Positions 1 through 11,692 of a DNA stretch of 64,000 bases are shown here, piece after piece. Source of the DNA: an uncultured archaeon (GTDB lineage Archaea; Thermoproteota; EX4484-205; JAAOZP01); assembly GCA_938045545.1 (NCBI GenBank), contig CALIBN010000016.1, forward strand, positions 27,914 through 91,913, given 5' to 3'. The position numbers and the translations under genes are program-made. The notes below the pieces were generated by a model. That model saw only the letters and a program-made list of their open reading frames with translations, was not told the origin of the DNA and ran no database searches. How positions within the stretch are numbered: position 1 is the first letter of the stretch; each line of letters starts with the position of its first letter.

Positions 1-1740
1 AGCCTTTTCCATGGGCCTAGGAATCGGGTGAACACGCCTAATGGCGTGCTATTCCCGCCTTCACCTGGTTCTCGCCTTTACGGCACTCCCCAGGCTTAAA
101 CGGTTAAACAGGGCAGCAACCCTGCTCACCCTATCCCAAGCCGTCGGCTCCTAGGCCTAGCGTCGCCGCACGTACCCGTCTGGTGCCGGAATATTAACCG
201 GCTTCCCCTTATCGGCCTACTCGTGTTAAGAGCAGGCCTTAGGACCGACTAACCCCCGGCTGACGACGCATTGCCGGGGAACCCTGGCCCTTACGGCGGT
301 TGGGATTCTCACCCAACTTTGCTGTTACTACCACCGGGATCTACACTTCGACTCGGTCCACTGGGCCTCACGGCCCAGCTTCTCCCCAAGCCGAACGCCC
401 TCCTACCAGACACGCCGCCACGCGGCGTGCTCCAGGGTATCGGTAGCCAGCTTAAGCCCCGTCCATTTTCGGGGCCTTGCCTCTCGACCGGTAAGCTGTT
501 ACGCACTTTTTAAGTGATGGCTGCTTCTAAGCCTACACCCCGGTTGTCTAAGAGGCAAGACGCCCTTTGGTTTGACACTTAGCTGGCATTTGGGGACCTT
601 AACCCTGGTCTGGGTTGCTCCCCTCTCGGTCCACGAGCTTAACCCGCGGAACCCCACTCCGCCCTTCTCAGGAGCACGCTGGTTCGGAGTTTGAAAGAGA
701 GGCGGGCCCTTTCGAGCCCTTACCACTCAATCAGTGCTCTACCCACCGTGCCTCCTCTAGGCGGGCTGAGCTGCGACTCACTTCGGAGGGAACTAGCTAT
801 CACCGAGCTAGATTGGTTTTTGTCCCCTAGCCCCAGGTCAGAGGAACGAATTGCACGTCAGCACCCCTACGGGCCTCCACCAGGCTTTCGCCTGGCTTCG
901 CCCTGCCCAGGGCTAGATCGCTCGGTTTCTAGTCTTACCGTCATGACTAAGGGCGCTCAACACACCCCCCACCTCCAACCTTTAAAGGCTGTGCGTGGAG
1001 TCGGTTTCCCTACGCCTACGAGGCTTGAAGCCTCTTAAGCTCGCCATGACGGTAAACTCCCCGGCCCGTGTTTCAAGACGGAGCGCATGACCCTGGTACC
1101 CTTCATCGCGGAGAGCCGTCTCCAGCTCCCGCTTTTGAAGGGAGTAACCCTTTCAGGCCATGCACGTCTATAACTGCCTGGTTTCAGGCGCTTTTCACCC
1201 CCCTTCCGGGGCACTTTTCAGATTTCCGTCACCGTACTGGTGCGCTATCGGTCTCGACGAGTACTTAGCCTTGGAAGCAGCTGGCTCCCTGCTTCCCATA
1301 GCATATCCGAGCTATGGTACTCGGGCTGAGAAGCCATCCTCCTCCAGGCCTTCCCCTACGGGGCTGTCACCCTCTATGGCGGACCATTCCAGGTCCCTTC
1401 GGGTTGGCCCGGATTGGAGGGAACGCTTCCGCCTCAACACCACATTACAAGCGTGTCATCCACGCCTGTTTCGGTTTGGGCTGGTCCCCTTTCACTCGCC
1501 GTTACTCAGGGAGTCTCGTTTTGATTTCCCTTCCTCCGCCTACTCAGATGCTTCCTTTCGGCGGGTTCCCCCACCCTCCTTGCGGAGGGTGTTCCCCGAG
1601 CTTTAGCTCGGGGAAGGTTACCCATTCAGCGATCCCCGGATCAACGGATGCATGCTCCTACCCGGGGCGTATCGCCGCTTGCCACGGCCTTCATCGGCTG
1701 TCGAGCCGATCCATCCACCAGGCAGCGTCCATGTGCCACG
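1..1740 (-). rRNA. rrl: 23S rRNA, 5' portion (runs off window start)
   Basis: Reverse complement near 1740 reads GCCTGGTGGATGGATCGGCTCGACAGCCGATGAAGGCCGTGGCAAGC, typical of an archaeal 23S 5' end; conserved LSU segments throughout. 5' end approximate. Confidence 0.97.
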
Positions 1741-1891
1741 GCCCCAACTTCCCGTTGGAACAGTCTGTGACCTGCCTGTGACGCACTCACAGCCCAAAAT
1801 TATTGGGCTCATGCATTCGCCTAAGCGTTAAGCTTAGGGTCATTACAACGATGCTGTTGAACATGTTTTAAGGGTCCACCGTCCTAAACGT

Positions 1892-3389
<1,498 letters not shown>

Positions 3390-3407
3390 GGGAGTTACGG
3401 TCTTGGG

Positions 3408-3439
3408 CGGTGGACTTTCCTTACATGTTCAACAGCATC
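3408..3439 (-). other. 16S processing stem, 5' arm (BHB with 1850-1881)
   Basis: GAUGCUGUUGAACAUGU-AAGG-AAA-GUCCACCG pairs with CGGUGGAC-CCUU-AAA-ACAUGUUCAACAGCAUC downstream of 16S: perfect 3-4-3 bulge-helix-bulge. Confidence 0.93.
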
Positions 3440-3560
3440 AGACTCTTTCGAGTCCTCAAGATATGTATCCACACATGGAGCCCCCTTATCATACCTGGTG
3501 CATACCAGTGTCCCGGGGGCACGCCGTTCCAGTGTGGCCCGAAGTATAGTGAACCAGACG

Positions 3561-3577
3561 CTTATTTAAGCATTTCT
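3561..3577 (-). promoter_or_regulatory. BRE/TATA promoter of rRNA operon
   Basis: Minus strand AGAAATGCTTAAATAAG upstream of the 16S leader. Confidence 0.7.
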
Positions 3578-3646
3578 AACGCGTTAACGACGTTTAAAAA
3601 GGCTTGAGAAACCCGTTGGAAGACCCCCGTCTTTTAACAGCGTATT

Positions 3647-3667
3647 CTCCAGTGGAAACCAGGGAGG
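3647..3667 (+). promoter_or_regulatory. ORB-like (Orc1/Cdc6 box) motif
   Basis: CTCCAGTGGAAACCAGGGAGG resembles the archaeal ORB TCCAGTGGAAAC followed by a G-string; single copy only. Confidence 0.35.
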
Positions 3668-3733
3668 ACGTGGCTGTAGTCTCCATAATCGTCAACGCTA
3701 CGGCTTAAGTACTCCGGCGGCCATGGTTGCTTT

Positions 3734-4651
3734 ATGAGGATTCGAACAGTGTTGGGGGATATTTCCCCTGAGGAGTTTGGACTAGCGCTGGTGCATGAGC
3801 ACATTCTCTGCGATTTCATCGGGACAGATAAAGTCAGCAGGAACCGTTACGACGCGCAGGAAGTCTTCAACGTCATGCTGCCATATTTGAACGAGATTAA
3901 GCAGCTGGGCGTATCCGGTTTCGTAGACTGCACGCCGGCGTTCATCGGAAGAGACCCGCTGCTGCTTGCCAGCCTTTCGAAAGCCTCGGGAATTCATATT
4001 TTAACCAACACGGGCCTGTATAAGGAGCCTTTCCTCCCCAAGTATGCTTTCGAATACTCCGTTGAACAGTTAGCCAGCATGTGGGTCAGAGAGATCGAGC
4101 AGGGGATTGAGGAAACACCTGTTAAAGCAGGCTTCGTGAAGATCGCTGTAAACCCGGGCCGCATAATCCCGATACAGCGGAAAATCGTGAGAGCAGCTGC
4201 AAGATGCAGCCTGTCCACCGGAGCCGCAATAGTCTGCCACACTGCCAACGGCGTGGCGGCGATGGATCTCTTGAACATAATCGGCGAGGAGGGGCTTGAC
4301 CCCGCTAAGGTAATAGTTGCACACTGCGATGCAGAAGAGGATTGGAACAACCATCTCGAAATACTTAAGCGGGGCGCATGGGTTGAATACGACGGTATTA
4401 GTGAAGCCACGTCTACGAAAGTCTTGAACATGATACGGCTAGTGGTTGAGAATGGTTTCAGCAACAGGCTTCTACTTTCTCAGGACGCAGGATGGTATAA
4501 CGTTGGCGAGAACAAGGGAGGCAGCATCCGACCTTACAGCTACCTGGTGAAGCATTTCATCCCAATCATGCTTAGGGAAGGGTTCAGCCGAAGCCTGGTG
4601 GACGAGGTTTTAGCCAAGAACCCGGCTCAAGCATTTCAGATAAAACAGTGA
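3734..4651 (+). CDS. Phosphotriesterase-family amidohydrolase
   Basis: HEH metal motif, VDCT, CHT, AHCD and SQDAG motifs of the PTE/PHP family. Confidence 0.9.
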   Translation: MRIRTVLGDISPEEFGLALVHEHILCDFIGTDKVSRNRYDAQEVFNVMLPYLNEIKQLGVSGFVDCTPAFIGRDPLLLASLSKASGIHILTNTGLYKEPFLPKYAFEYSVEQLASMWVREIEQGIEETPVKAGFVKIAVNPGRIIPIQRKIVRAAARCSLSTGAAIVCHTANGVAAMDLLNIIGEEGLDPAKVIVAHCDAEEDWNNHLEILKRGAWVEYDGISEATSTKVLNMIRLVVENGFSNRLLLSQDAGWYNVGENKGGSIRPYSYLVKHFIPIMLREGFSRSLVDEVLAKNPAQAFQIKQ

Positions 4652-4723
4652 AGAAACAGCTCGTGATGATTCAGCACGTTTACAGCAGATTCTGTATACC
4701 GGCGCCAGATAATTGCTTAGAAA

Positions 4724-4810
4724 TGGACCGGGAGGGACTCGAACCCTCGACCCTTCGAGGTCACCCATTCCGAGTGCAAGTCGGACATTCTACCACTGAA
4801 CTACCGGCCC
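4724..4810 (-). tRNA. tRNA-Ala(TGC), 15-nt intron at 44/45 (4753-4767)
   Basis: GGGCCGG/CCGGTCC acceptor with G3:U70; BHB TCGG-AA^T..TCGA-AG^G; splicing restores the AGGTC variable loop. Confidence 0.92.
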
Positions 4811-5281
4811 TGAGGCTTCTACTTCCCTCAAGGATATATAAATGCTTCCCATGAGGAAGGGAAAGTTTAAAACGGGACTTCAACGTTTAATTTTTTGCAT
4901 GATCTCTCAGGATTAGTATACATAGCATCAAGTAAACCACTCATGCGCCGGGTGTATCTTAAAAAGGGCTAAGCCAGTATACGAGCAGATAAGTGACGAG
5001 ATAAGGAAGACCTAGGAGAAGCAAGTAGAATGGTTCATCAGTAGCGGTGCCCTGATGCTGAGGGTCGTAGTTGGTCTGCTCAAGACCAGCCTTCCGCTCA
5101 AATGGAGCATTATCTACCTTTTCAAAGAAGCCCTTAGAAAGATTCTTAAAAAGAAACTGGGCCTCAGGGATATTGCCAACTTCTGCTATGAACTGAGGCA
5201 TGAGAACTGATCGTGGTATGAGATTGACGCATGTTTTTCCATGCTTTTTTAAAACTTTTTAAAGAAAAGATGGGGGGTTTG

Positions 5282-5513
5282 ATGAGAATGCGTATTGCGC
5301 ACGGCCCTTTGAAGTGTGGGAAGTCATGCCGCAGGTGCGATTACCTTAAGCTCGGGTTATGCGCTGGATGCCACCTTCCCAAGAGGAACCTCTGCTTGGC
5401 TTACCAGTGCATCGTAGGAAGGTTAGAATCATGGGAATAACCCTCAGATGTAGGGCCTGCCCGCTTGCCCCGGCTTGCGTAAAGTCCGGCAGGTTCACCC
5501 CGCGCGCGCGATA
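5282..5513 (+). pseudogene. Cys-rich N-terminal module of toxin-like gene (frameshifted, truncated)
   Basis: MRIAHGPLKCGKSCRRCDYLKLGLCAGC then shifted LRCRACPLAPACVKSGRF; clear paralog of 22529-22966. Confidence 0.75.
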
Positions 5514-5521
5514 GCGAGAAC

Positions 5522-6660
5522 GTGACGAAGGTTGAGGAGAAAGGTGTGCACAGCTTCCTCGAGTACGATGGTCAAATACTGCTCTCAACCATAATGCCGG
5601 ACAAGCTCCTAACCGAGGAAACCTTCAACTTCACCGTAAGCTTTGTGAAGAAAGGGGGCTTCGACGGAGTAGTCGGGTGGGACATGCCCGTTTACGCTGA
5701 CTATCCCAAGGCATTAAACCTATCCAATTTGGTTAAGGCTACGCTCCTGACGATGAGGTATGTGGAGGAGGGGATACCAACAATACCATTGTTGAAAGGC
5801 GGAGACTCTTCTGAGATAGCGCTTCACGCCGAGTGGTTGGAGAAAATAGGCTTCAAGAGGATTGGGCTCCACGCCACTGAGTATATTCTAGCTAGAACTC
5901 GTGGCGGCATTGGGATTTATGGAGACTTAGCTAAAGTCGCCAACAACCTCTACTCACTGGTGCTGGTGAAAATATACGAGATTGGAGCGAAGCCACTGAT
6001 AATGGGAGCCTTAAGCCCCAGGGGCCTCCGCGACTACCACGAGTCCGTGGAGAGATCTCTCTAGCGGGAATGTCTTGGCTAATAGAGGCTAGGAAGTGGC
6101 GTGCTTACGTGGGCACATCCTCTGGCCTGGGCATCGTAGACCTAGGGAGGGGCATCATGGAGTGTAAGTGCAAGGCATGTTTAGGCAAGTCTCCGAGTCA
6201 GGTCGTTGAAAACCAGGATGACATAGCGTGGCATAACTTGGTCCTGCTCAAGGAGTATGCGGAGAAGGGTAAGCTTGATGAAACGCCTGTTTACAACATG
6301 ATACTGGGGAAGGATGATACCTTGGCGGTTGTGGGGGATCTGCACATAGGCATCTCCCAATCCCTTTGGCTGCCGTGTTTGAGGATGCTTAGGAAAATCC
6401 ACCCAACCCACCTGGTTCTCCTAGGGGACGTGTTCGACTTCATAAGGGGGAAGCCGGAAGCATCGCAAGTCATTAGCTTCCTCAATCTCCTGAAAAACCT
6501 AAACGTCCGCATAGGATACGTATCAGGATGCTCGGATTCATACGCCTCCAGGTTTCTAGAGGCTCTGGCGAGGCTCGCATTTACGGAGGGGCCGAGGGAA
6601 CCCCAGCTCTACAATCCACAACTAACGCTGGTGGAGGCAATGAGGATTCCTCCCTGCTGA
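5522..6660 (+). pseudogene. TGT/DUF4417-like barrel with Zn site plus calcineurin-like phosphoesterase (split into 5522-6064 and 6070-6660)
   Basis: WDMPVYADYP..GIPTIPLLKGG; CKCKAC..WHNL TGT-type Zn motif; VVGDLHIG and LLGDVFD metallophosphoesterase motifs. Confidence 0.6.
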
Positions 6661-7860
6661 TGATGACGGGAGACCTGTCGGAGGAGGAGAAGCAAGAAAT
6701 AGAGGAACATATGAAGGAGGAGCGTGAGGAGCATGAGGTAGTAACGTCCAATAGGTTCGTCCTTCTGCAAGGACCTGGGGAAGAAGAGGAGGAAAAGGAG
6801 GAAGTAACTCCTCTAACGCTCGACTGGGAGATAAGGGAGATTGAGGCACTGGCCGAGGGGTATCCTCAGATGATCGAGAAGCTGGAGAATCTGGAAGAGG
6901 TATTGAACGAGGAGGAGAAGAGACAGGAGGAACTACTTAGGGAGGAGTTGTTCGAAAGTATTGCGAGGAAGTTGAGGAGGAGGCGGAATCAGAAACTCCT
7001 CTTGAAAGACTGTTTAAAGAAGCTGAGGAACTGGCGGGAATCAAAGAGGTTGGGAAGCAGGTTGAAAAACCTCTTGAAAAGCCTGTGGAATACGAGAAAC
7101 CCGAAGAGACGCATTATGAAGAGCCCGTAGAAGAGCTCGATATCCTAAAGGAAGAATTCGAAAAGCTAATGGGAGGAGAAGAACCTGTTGAAGAAATCGC
7201 CGAGGGCTTCGAAGAGGCTTGTGGAGAAGAGCTGGAGGAGAAAGTCGAGCTGATTGAGGAAGTTGAGGAAGAAGCCGGTGAGTTAATTGAAGAGGTTGTT
7301 GAGGAGGAGCTGGAGGAAAGGGCTGAGCTAGTTGAGGAGGCTAGAGAAGAAGTTGAGGAAGTGGTTGAGGAGGTAGCCGAGGAAGCTGGAGAATTTGTTG
7401 AGGAAACTGCTGAGAAAGTTGTTGAGGAGGTTGGGAGAGAGGAAGAAGCCGAAGAGAAAGAGGAGTTGCTTGAAGAAGAAATTGGAGAGACTGCCGAAGA
7501 AGTCGTTGAGGAAGTCGAGGAAGTCGGTGAGTTAATTGAAGAGATTGAAAAAGAACCTGAGGAAGGGGCTAAAGAAGAGATTACAGAATACGAGAAACCT
7601 AAGGAAGAGTTAGAAGGACACCGGAGGCAGTGGCTGCAGGAGAAGGGGAGGGGCCTGAGAAGGAAGAGGTCGAGAAGATTGTTGAAGAAAAACTGAGGAA
7701 GTAATCGTTGATAGGTTTGAAAGAACGATATTCAAGTCCGGCCATATAGAGCGTCACGGGGAGTTTGAAAAAGGCCTTTACTTGATCAGAGTAAAGACAA
7801 AAGATGGAAAAATCTTCGAGTGGTCAACTAGGAAGGATAAAAAAGACAATGCCCTTAACA
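6660..7860 (+). pseudogene. Glu-rich low-complexity linker (frameshifted)
   Basis: EEVEEE-type repeats in ORFs 6528-7130 and 7085-7696; purine-rich GAGGAA repeats. Confidence 0.65.
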
Positions 7861-7861
7861 C

Positions 7862-8737
7862 TTGAGTTCCTGGGGAATTCTTAAAGGAACTAGTTGGAAA
7901 GAATGTGGAGATTACTATCGTCAAATACAATTACTTACTGCACTTTCAAAAGGTTCGAACTTCTACTTCTGTCCAAGAGAGGGGCTTATTGTAGAGGGAA
8001 AGAAGATAGAATTAGAAAAGGTCGAGCCACTGAGCTGGAGTGAGAGGCATGGAGCATCTATGATGGTCAAGCTGGTGAAGAAAAGCATGCAGGGCGCCGA
8101 AATATACCTCGCATTCTTTGAGGACGGAGAAGTTAGTATAGTCCTCAGCAAAGAATCTTCTATATATGGAACTATGTTTAGGGTTACATTAAGAGTTGAG
8201 GGGGGCTTCTTGATAATAAAATACAAGGATCAAGAAGTGTGGATCCCGATTATTAAGCTTTGGCAAGGCTCATGGGAGCTTAGCGACGAAGAAATTAGGA
8301 GAATTAAAGAAGTTACAGATAATGCAACAAGACTAGGAAATGCTGGGAGAGATAAGGTTGAGGCCGTCATACGAGCTGGAGGGATTCCGGAAATAGAAAA
8401 CGCGAAAGAAATATACAAGGAAGTCTACATCAGAAACGGGCACGGAAGAATTATAGGAAAGGTAGACTTGGTAGTTGAAAAAGAGAACGAGCGCTTAACA
8501 GTCTTAGAAGTTAAGACGACCACGATTTCTGATTACCTTGAGGATAATCTTAAGGATGGTATAGAGGATTTGGAGGAAAAATATAAGTTGCTGATCAATA
8601 AGTACAGCCTCGATTTGAGAAAGATCGGCTTAGGCGTGAAGAAGGCGGAAGATATTGAAGCCTACATAAGCTTCTCGGTCTATTTCGACATAAAGAACAA
8701 GAAGGCAAATGCAATATGGAGCGCATTATCGCCTTAA
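7862..8737 (+). CDS. C-terminal PD-(D/E)XK nuclease toxin-like domain (fragment of a larger gene)
   Basis: LGNAGR helix, VDLVV..LEVKTT catalytic pattern. Confidence 0.7.
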   Translation: MSSWGILKGTSWKECGDYYRQIQLLTALSKGSNFYFCPREGLIVEGKKIELEKVEPLSWSERHGASMMVKLVKKSMQGAEIYLAFFEDGEVSIVLSKESSIYGTMFRVTLRVEGGFLIIKYKDQEVWIPIIKLWQGSWELSDEEIRRIKEVTDNATRLGNAGRDKVEAVIRAGGIPEIENAKEIYKEVYIRNGHGRIIGKVDLVVEKENERLTVLEVKTTTISDYLEDNLKDGIEDLEEKYKLLINKYSLDLRKIGLGVKKAEDIEAYISFSVYFDIKNKKANAIWSALSP

Positions 8738-8749
8738 AATAGATAGGAA

Positions 8750-9427
8750 TTAAACGAGATACTCGAAGCTCCAGCCCCTTTCCTTCTCCAGCTTCTCAGC
8801 TTCTTCCTTCGTCAGCACTACTACAATTATACGCATTATATCCCTACACTTGACCTGATAATCCTGGTACTCAGTGTCCTCAATGAGCTCGTTCAATTCT
8901 CTGAGACCCATGTCCTGGATGTAGTCGTGCAACAAGGCGATCTCAATGCTATGCCTCCTGCCTCTAAAGTCGAAGCTGACTTCCTGTATTAGCCACTTGG
9001 ATGCCGAGGGCGTTAACCACCTTGAGCTTATATTCGTAGGCTGAAAAACTCCCCTCGATATCCTTGCAAGCCTTTCCAAGATAGCCCTTCCCATCTCCTC
9101 GTCCAGCATCGTCTCCGCATCTTCCTCTAAGATCCTCTTGGTGTCGAAGACTATCAGTGTCCCGTCTATTTCAGTATCACTCTTTTCCATCCAATCCTTC
9201 TCATATTTCATGAGGGACTCTCTGAGAAGAATTCCATGAGACGCCCCATATATCGACTTCTCCTTCTCATCCCACCATCTATGTGAATAGTTTATCTCTC
9301 CGTTAAAAATCTTCTTCAATATTTCCTCAGAGGATAGGTCAGAATAGTCCTGGAAGAAGCTCATCTTCCTAAGATATTCAATCGAATTTACAAATCGTTT
9401 CCTGAGCTCAGGATCTACCATTCTCAT
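8750..9427 (-). CDS. Putative immunity protein, convergent to the nuclease
   Basis: Intact ORF; paralog at 20782-21541 shares SIEYLRKM.FF.DYS, LARISRG.F and EAEKL.KERGW. Function is inferred. Confidence 0.6.
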   Translation of the reverse strand: MRMVDPELRKRFVNSIEYLRKMSFFQDYSDLSSEEILKKIFNGEINYSHRWWDEKEKSIYGASHGILLRESLMKYEKDWMEKSDTEIDGTLIVFDTKRILEEDAETMLDEEMGRAILERLARISRGVFQPTNISSRWLTPSASKWLIQEVSFDFRGRRHSIEIALLHDYIQDMGLRELNELIEDTEYQDYQVKCRDIMRIIVVVLTKEEAEKLEKERGWSFEYLV

Positions 9428-9580
9428 TAACAATTAACGAAACTCCAGTTTTTAAGCGTAACTATCCTCAAATCAAATATATCCTTCTCAGCATTACTAC
9501 TACGCCTTGATTGGCCATTAAGCATTCCCATAACAATTACGATCACTTGATACTGAAACTGGAAAGAAACAAGCCAAAAA

Positions 9581-9681
9581 GGCCGCCGCCGCGATTTGAA
9601 CGCGGAATCAGTGGCTCCACAGGCCACCGCGTTAACCTGGTTTAGCGGTGGTTTTTAGCACGCACATACGCCACAGCGGCC
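9581..9681 (-). tRNA. tRNA-His(GTG), encoded G-1, 25-nt intron at 14/15 (9642-9666)
   Basis: GCCGCTG/CGGCGGC with C73; BHB GGCG-TA^T..CGCT-AA^A; splicing gives D-loop AACCAGGTTA. Confidence 0.88.
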
Positions 9682-10022
9682 ACGGTAGATTAAACGTTGA
9701 AGCCCCGTTTTAAACTTTCTCCTCCTTGAGAAGCTGAAGAAAGAGAGGTTGGAAGTTCGAATCTCGGCAGCGGCCCTTTAACAACCAATATTTGGAAACA
9801 AGCCTCCTGATGCGAGTAATGTGGATTAGAAAATAATTAATTCCAATATTTACTGAGATTAAGGAATAAATAATACTGTAGACTAACACTCCTATTCCGC
9901 TTATTTCTAAATCTTCCCCTCGAACCACCACTAGCTTCAAACATGCTCGACCCAGCCTGCCCACCTTCTAAAGGGTTTTCGGCGAAAACGTTTTAAGCCC
10001 CTTTTCCAAAGAAAACTGTTGA

Positions 10023-10114
10023 GCCTCGGTAACTCAGCCTGGTAGAGTGGCAGCCTTGTAAGCGGAAAAGGCTGAGAAAGCTGTTAGGCGAGGGTTCGAA
10101 TCCCTCCCGAGGCT
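10023..10114 (+). tRNA. tRNA-Thr(TGT), 18-nt intron at 37/38 (10061-10078)
   Basis: GCCTCGG/CCGAGGC with U73; canonical BHB. Confidence 0.93.
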
Positions 10115-10977
10115 TCCTTCAAAAATATGGATCATTAAGGTTGTTGTTGAGCCCAGCTGGACGTGTCTGCTTAAATCTTGGAAGTGTTGAGGAGCAGGTG
10201 TGGGTTTGATTGCGTAAGCTGCCCCTATTTTAAGAAACCTTGTATCGGCTGTGTGATTGAGACTCGCTTGGTGGATAAATGCGTCAGGGACACTTCCTAC
10301 ACTGGGATAACGCATCCCAAGGGCTCCTGCAGGCTTAGGCCGTATTGACCGATTGGAAGCAGGGATAGGCCTCCCACGATGCTGATTTCATCTCCTAGGA
10401 AGAAAGTAAATGACAAGGATAAGGATCCCTAGGTTTGTGCTTGAGATTGATATCACTGGTCAAAGGTCCTTGATACGGGGACATGGTTTCCAAGTATCGA
10501 CAGTTTTCCTGCCCCTATGGCAACTGTTTGCAAATGAATTTAGCGCACGCTGATGACGAGGAAAAGAGAACATATAGACATAGCCTGTCATTTGTGAAAG
10601 AAGCTACGAAAAAGGGAGCAAATTCCCATTCAGAAATTTAAGAATCAACAGAAGGTAAAGCCTCACTCGAAGGAGAGAAAACTCGCAATAACCTCGGCCA
10701 CCTCAGTATTCTGTGAGCTAGAATCAACGCTCTTTAATAAGGTAATTATGTGGGCAGGCAATTGCGACCTCCAATCTCTCTTGGACTACATTCACTTCCT
10801 TGCCAATGGATTAGTTGAACATAAGATTGCCACCCGCATAATAGGATACGATTTGGAAAACAACACTGAGAAATTAGCGATCGAAGATTTGTATACAGAG
10901 GAAAACAGAGTAAAAGAGGTTTTCCTATGGCTGGCTTAATGCGGATGCTTGACGCATTACGACGTTCAGCTTAAACG

Positions 10978-11070
10978 AGCCCCAGGTGGGCTTCGAACCC
11001 ACGCCCTCCTCCATTGACGCTTTTCCAGCATTACCAAGGAGGCGCTCTAACCAGGCTGAGCTACTGGGGC
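10978..11070 (-). tRNA. tRNA-Thr(GGT), 18-nt anticodon-loop intron (best fit 38/39)
   Basis: GCCCCAG/CTGGGGC; BHB TGGT-AA^T..GTCA-AT^G restores UUGGUAA loop. Confidence 0.9.
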
Positions 11071-11274
11071 TGCAGTACTCCTGGTTTCAGGCTGTTTTAA
11101 GCTTTTTGACGAGGGTTTTTAATTTCGCGTTTAAGCTTTGTGGCTGAGCCGGTTGCCGGAGGAATGTGTTTAGAAATTGATGCTGCATCGCTTTTTCAGG
11201 AATTTTTCTGAATAAACTAGTAAAGAAGATTGTATTGAAACCATTATAAAAAGCCATATAAGTCAGTCCCTGCA

Positions 11275-11688
11275 GTGGAAATGATGCTAAAGATGCTTGT
11301 ACAAGATGTCAAGGGTGAGGAGTCCTCGGAGTCCGAGACCCTTGTTTCCGAGGTTCTTGAAATAATGAGTATGATGAAAACCGTTAAGAGAAGAATTGGC
11401 GAGTTGAAAAACGGTGGGAATAGTGATCCGGATACGAGTGTTGATAAGCTGGAGAATCTTCTTCAAACGCTCAGGCTTGAAATGGTTAAAAGGTGCATTC
11501 TCCTTGCCCAGAAACACGGCATAGGGTTTAAGCCTCCAGCAGCCCCAGCTCTTTTAAACGGTGGCGGCAAGCATGTTTCCAAGGAGCCCGACTTCATTTT
11601 GGGCGACTTGTCTAGGCTTGAAGAAGAGTTGAACAGGGCTTATCGTGTTGCCAGGGAAACCCTGAGCAACCTGAGCCGGCTGGTTTGA
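11275..11688 (+). CDS. Hypothetical helical/coiled-coil protein
   Basis: 137-aa ORF with upstream TATA (ATTATAAA), co-oriented and adjacent to rpiA. Confidence 0.65.
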   Translation: MEMMLKMLVQDVKGEESSESETLVSEVLEIMSMMKTVKRRIGELKNGGNSDPDTSVDKLENLLQTLRLEMVKRCILLAQKHGIGFKPPAAPALLNGGGKHVSKEPDFILGDLSRLEEELNRAYRVARETLSNLSRLV

Positions 11689-11692
11689 AGAG

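Noticed and set aside
1741-1891. Possible spacer tRNA-Ala or rRNA intron
   Set aside because: The spacer is ~150 nt of processing stems only, and 16S is normal length.
7085-7696. GAGGAA-rich repeats as CRISPR or satellite
   Set aside because: No fixed repeat-spacer periodicity; explained by Glu-rich coding sequence.
11275-11688. Possible cdvA
   Set aside because: Too short and lacks a recognisable PRC-barrel N-terminus.
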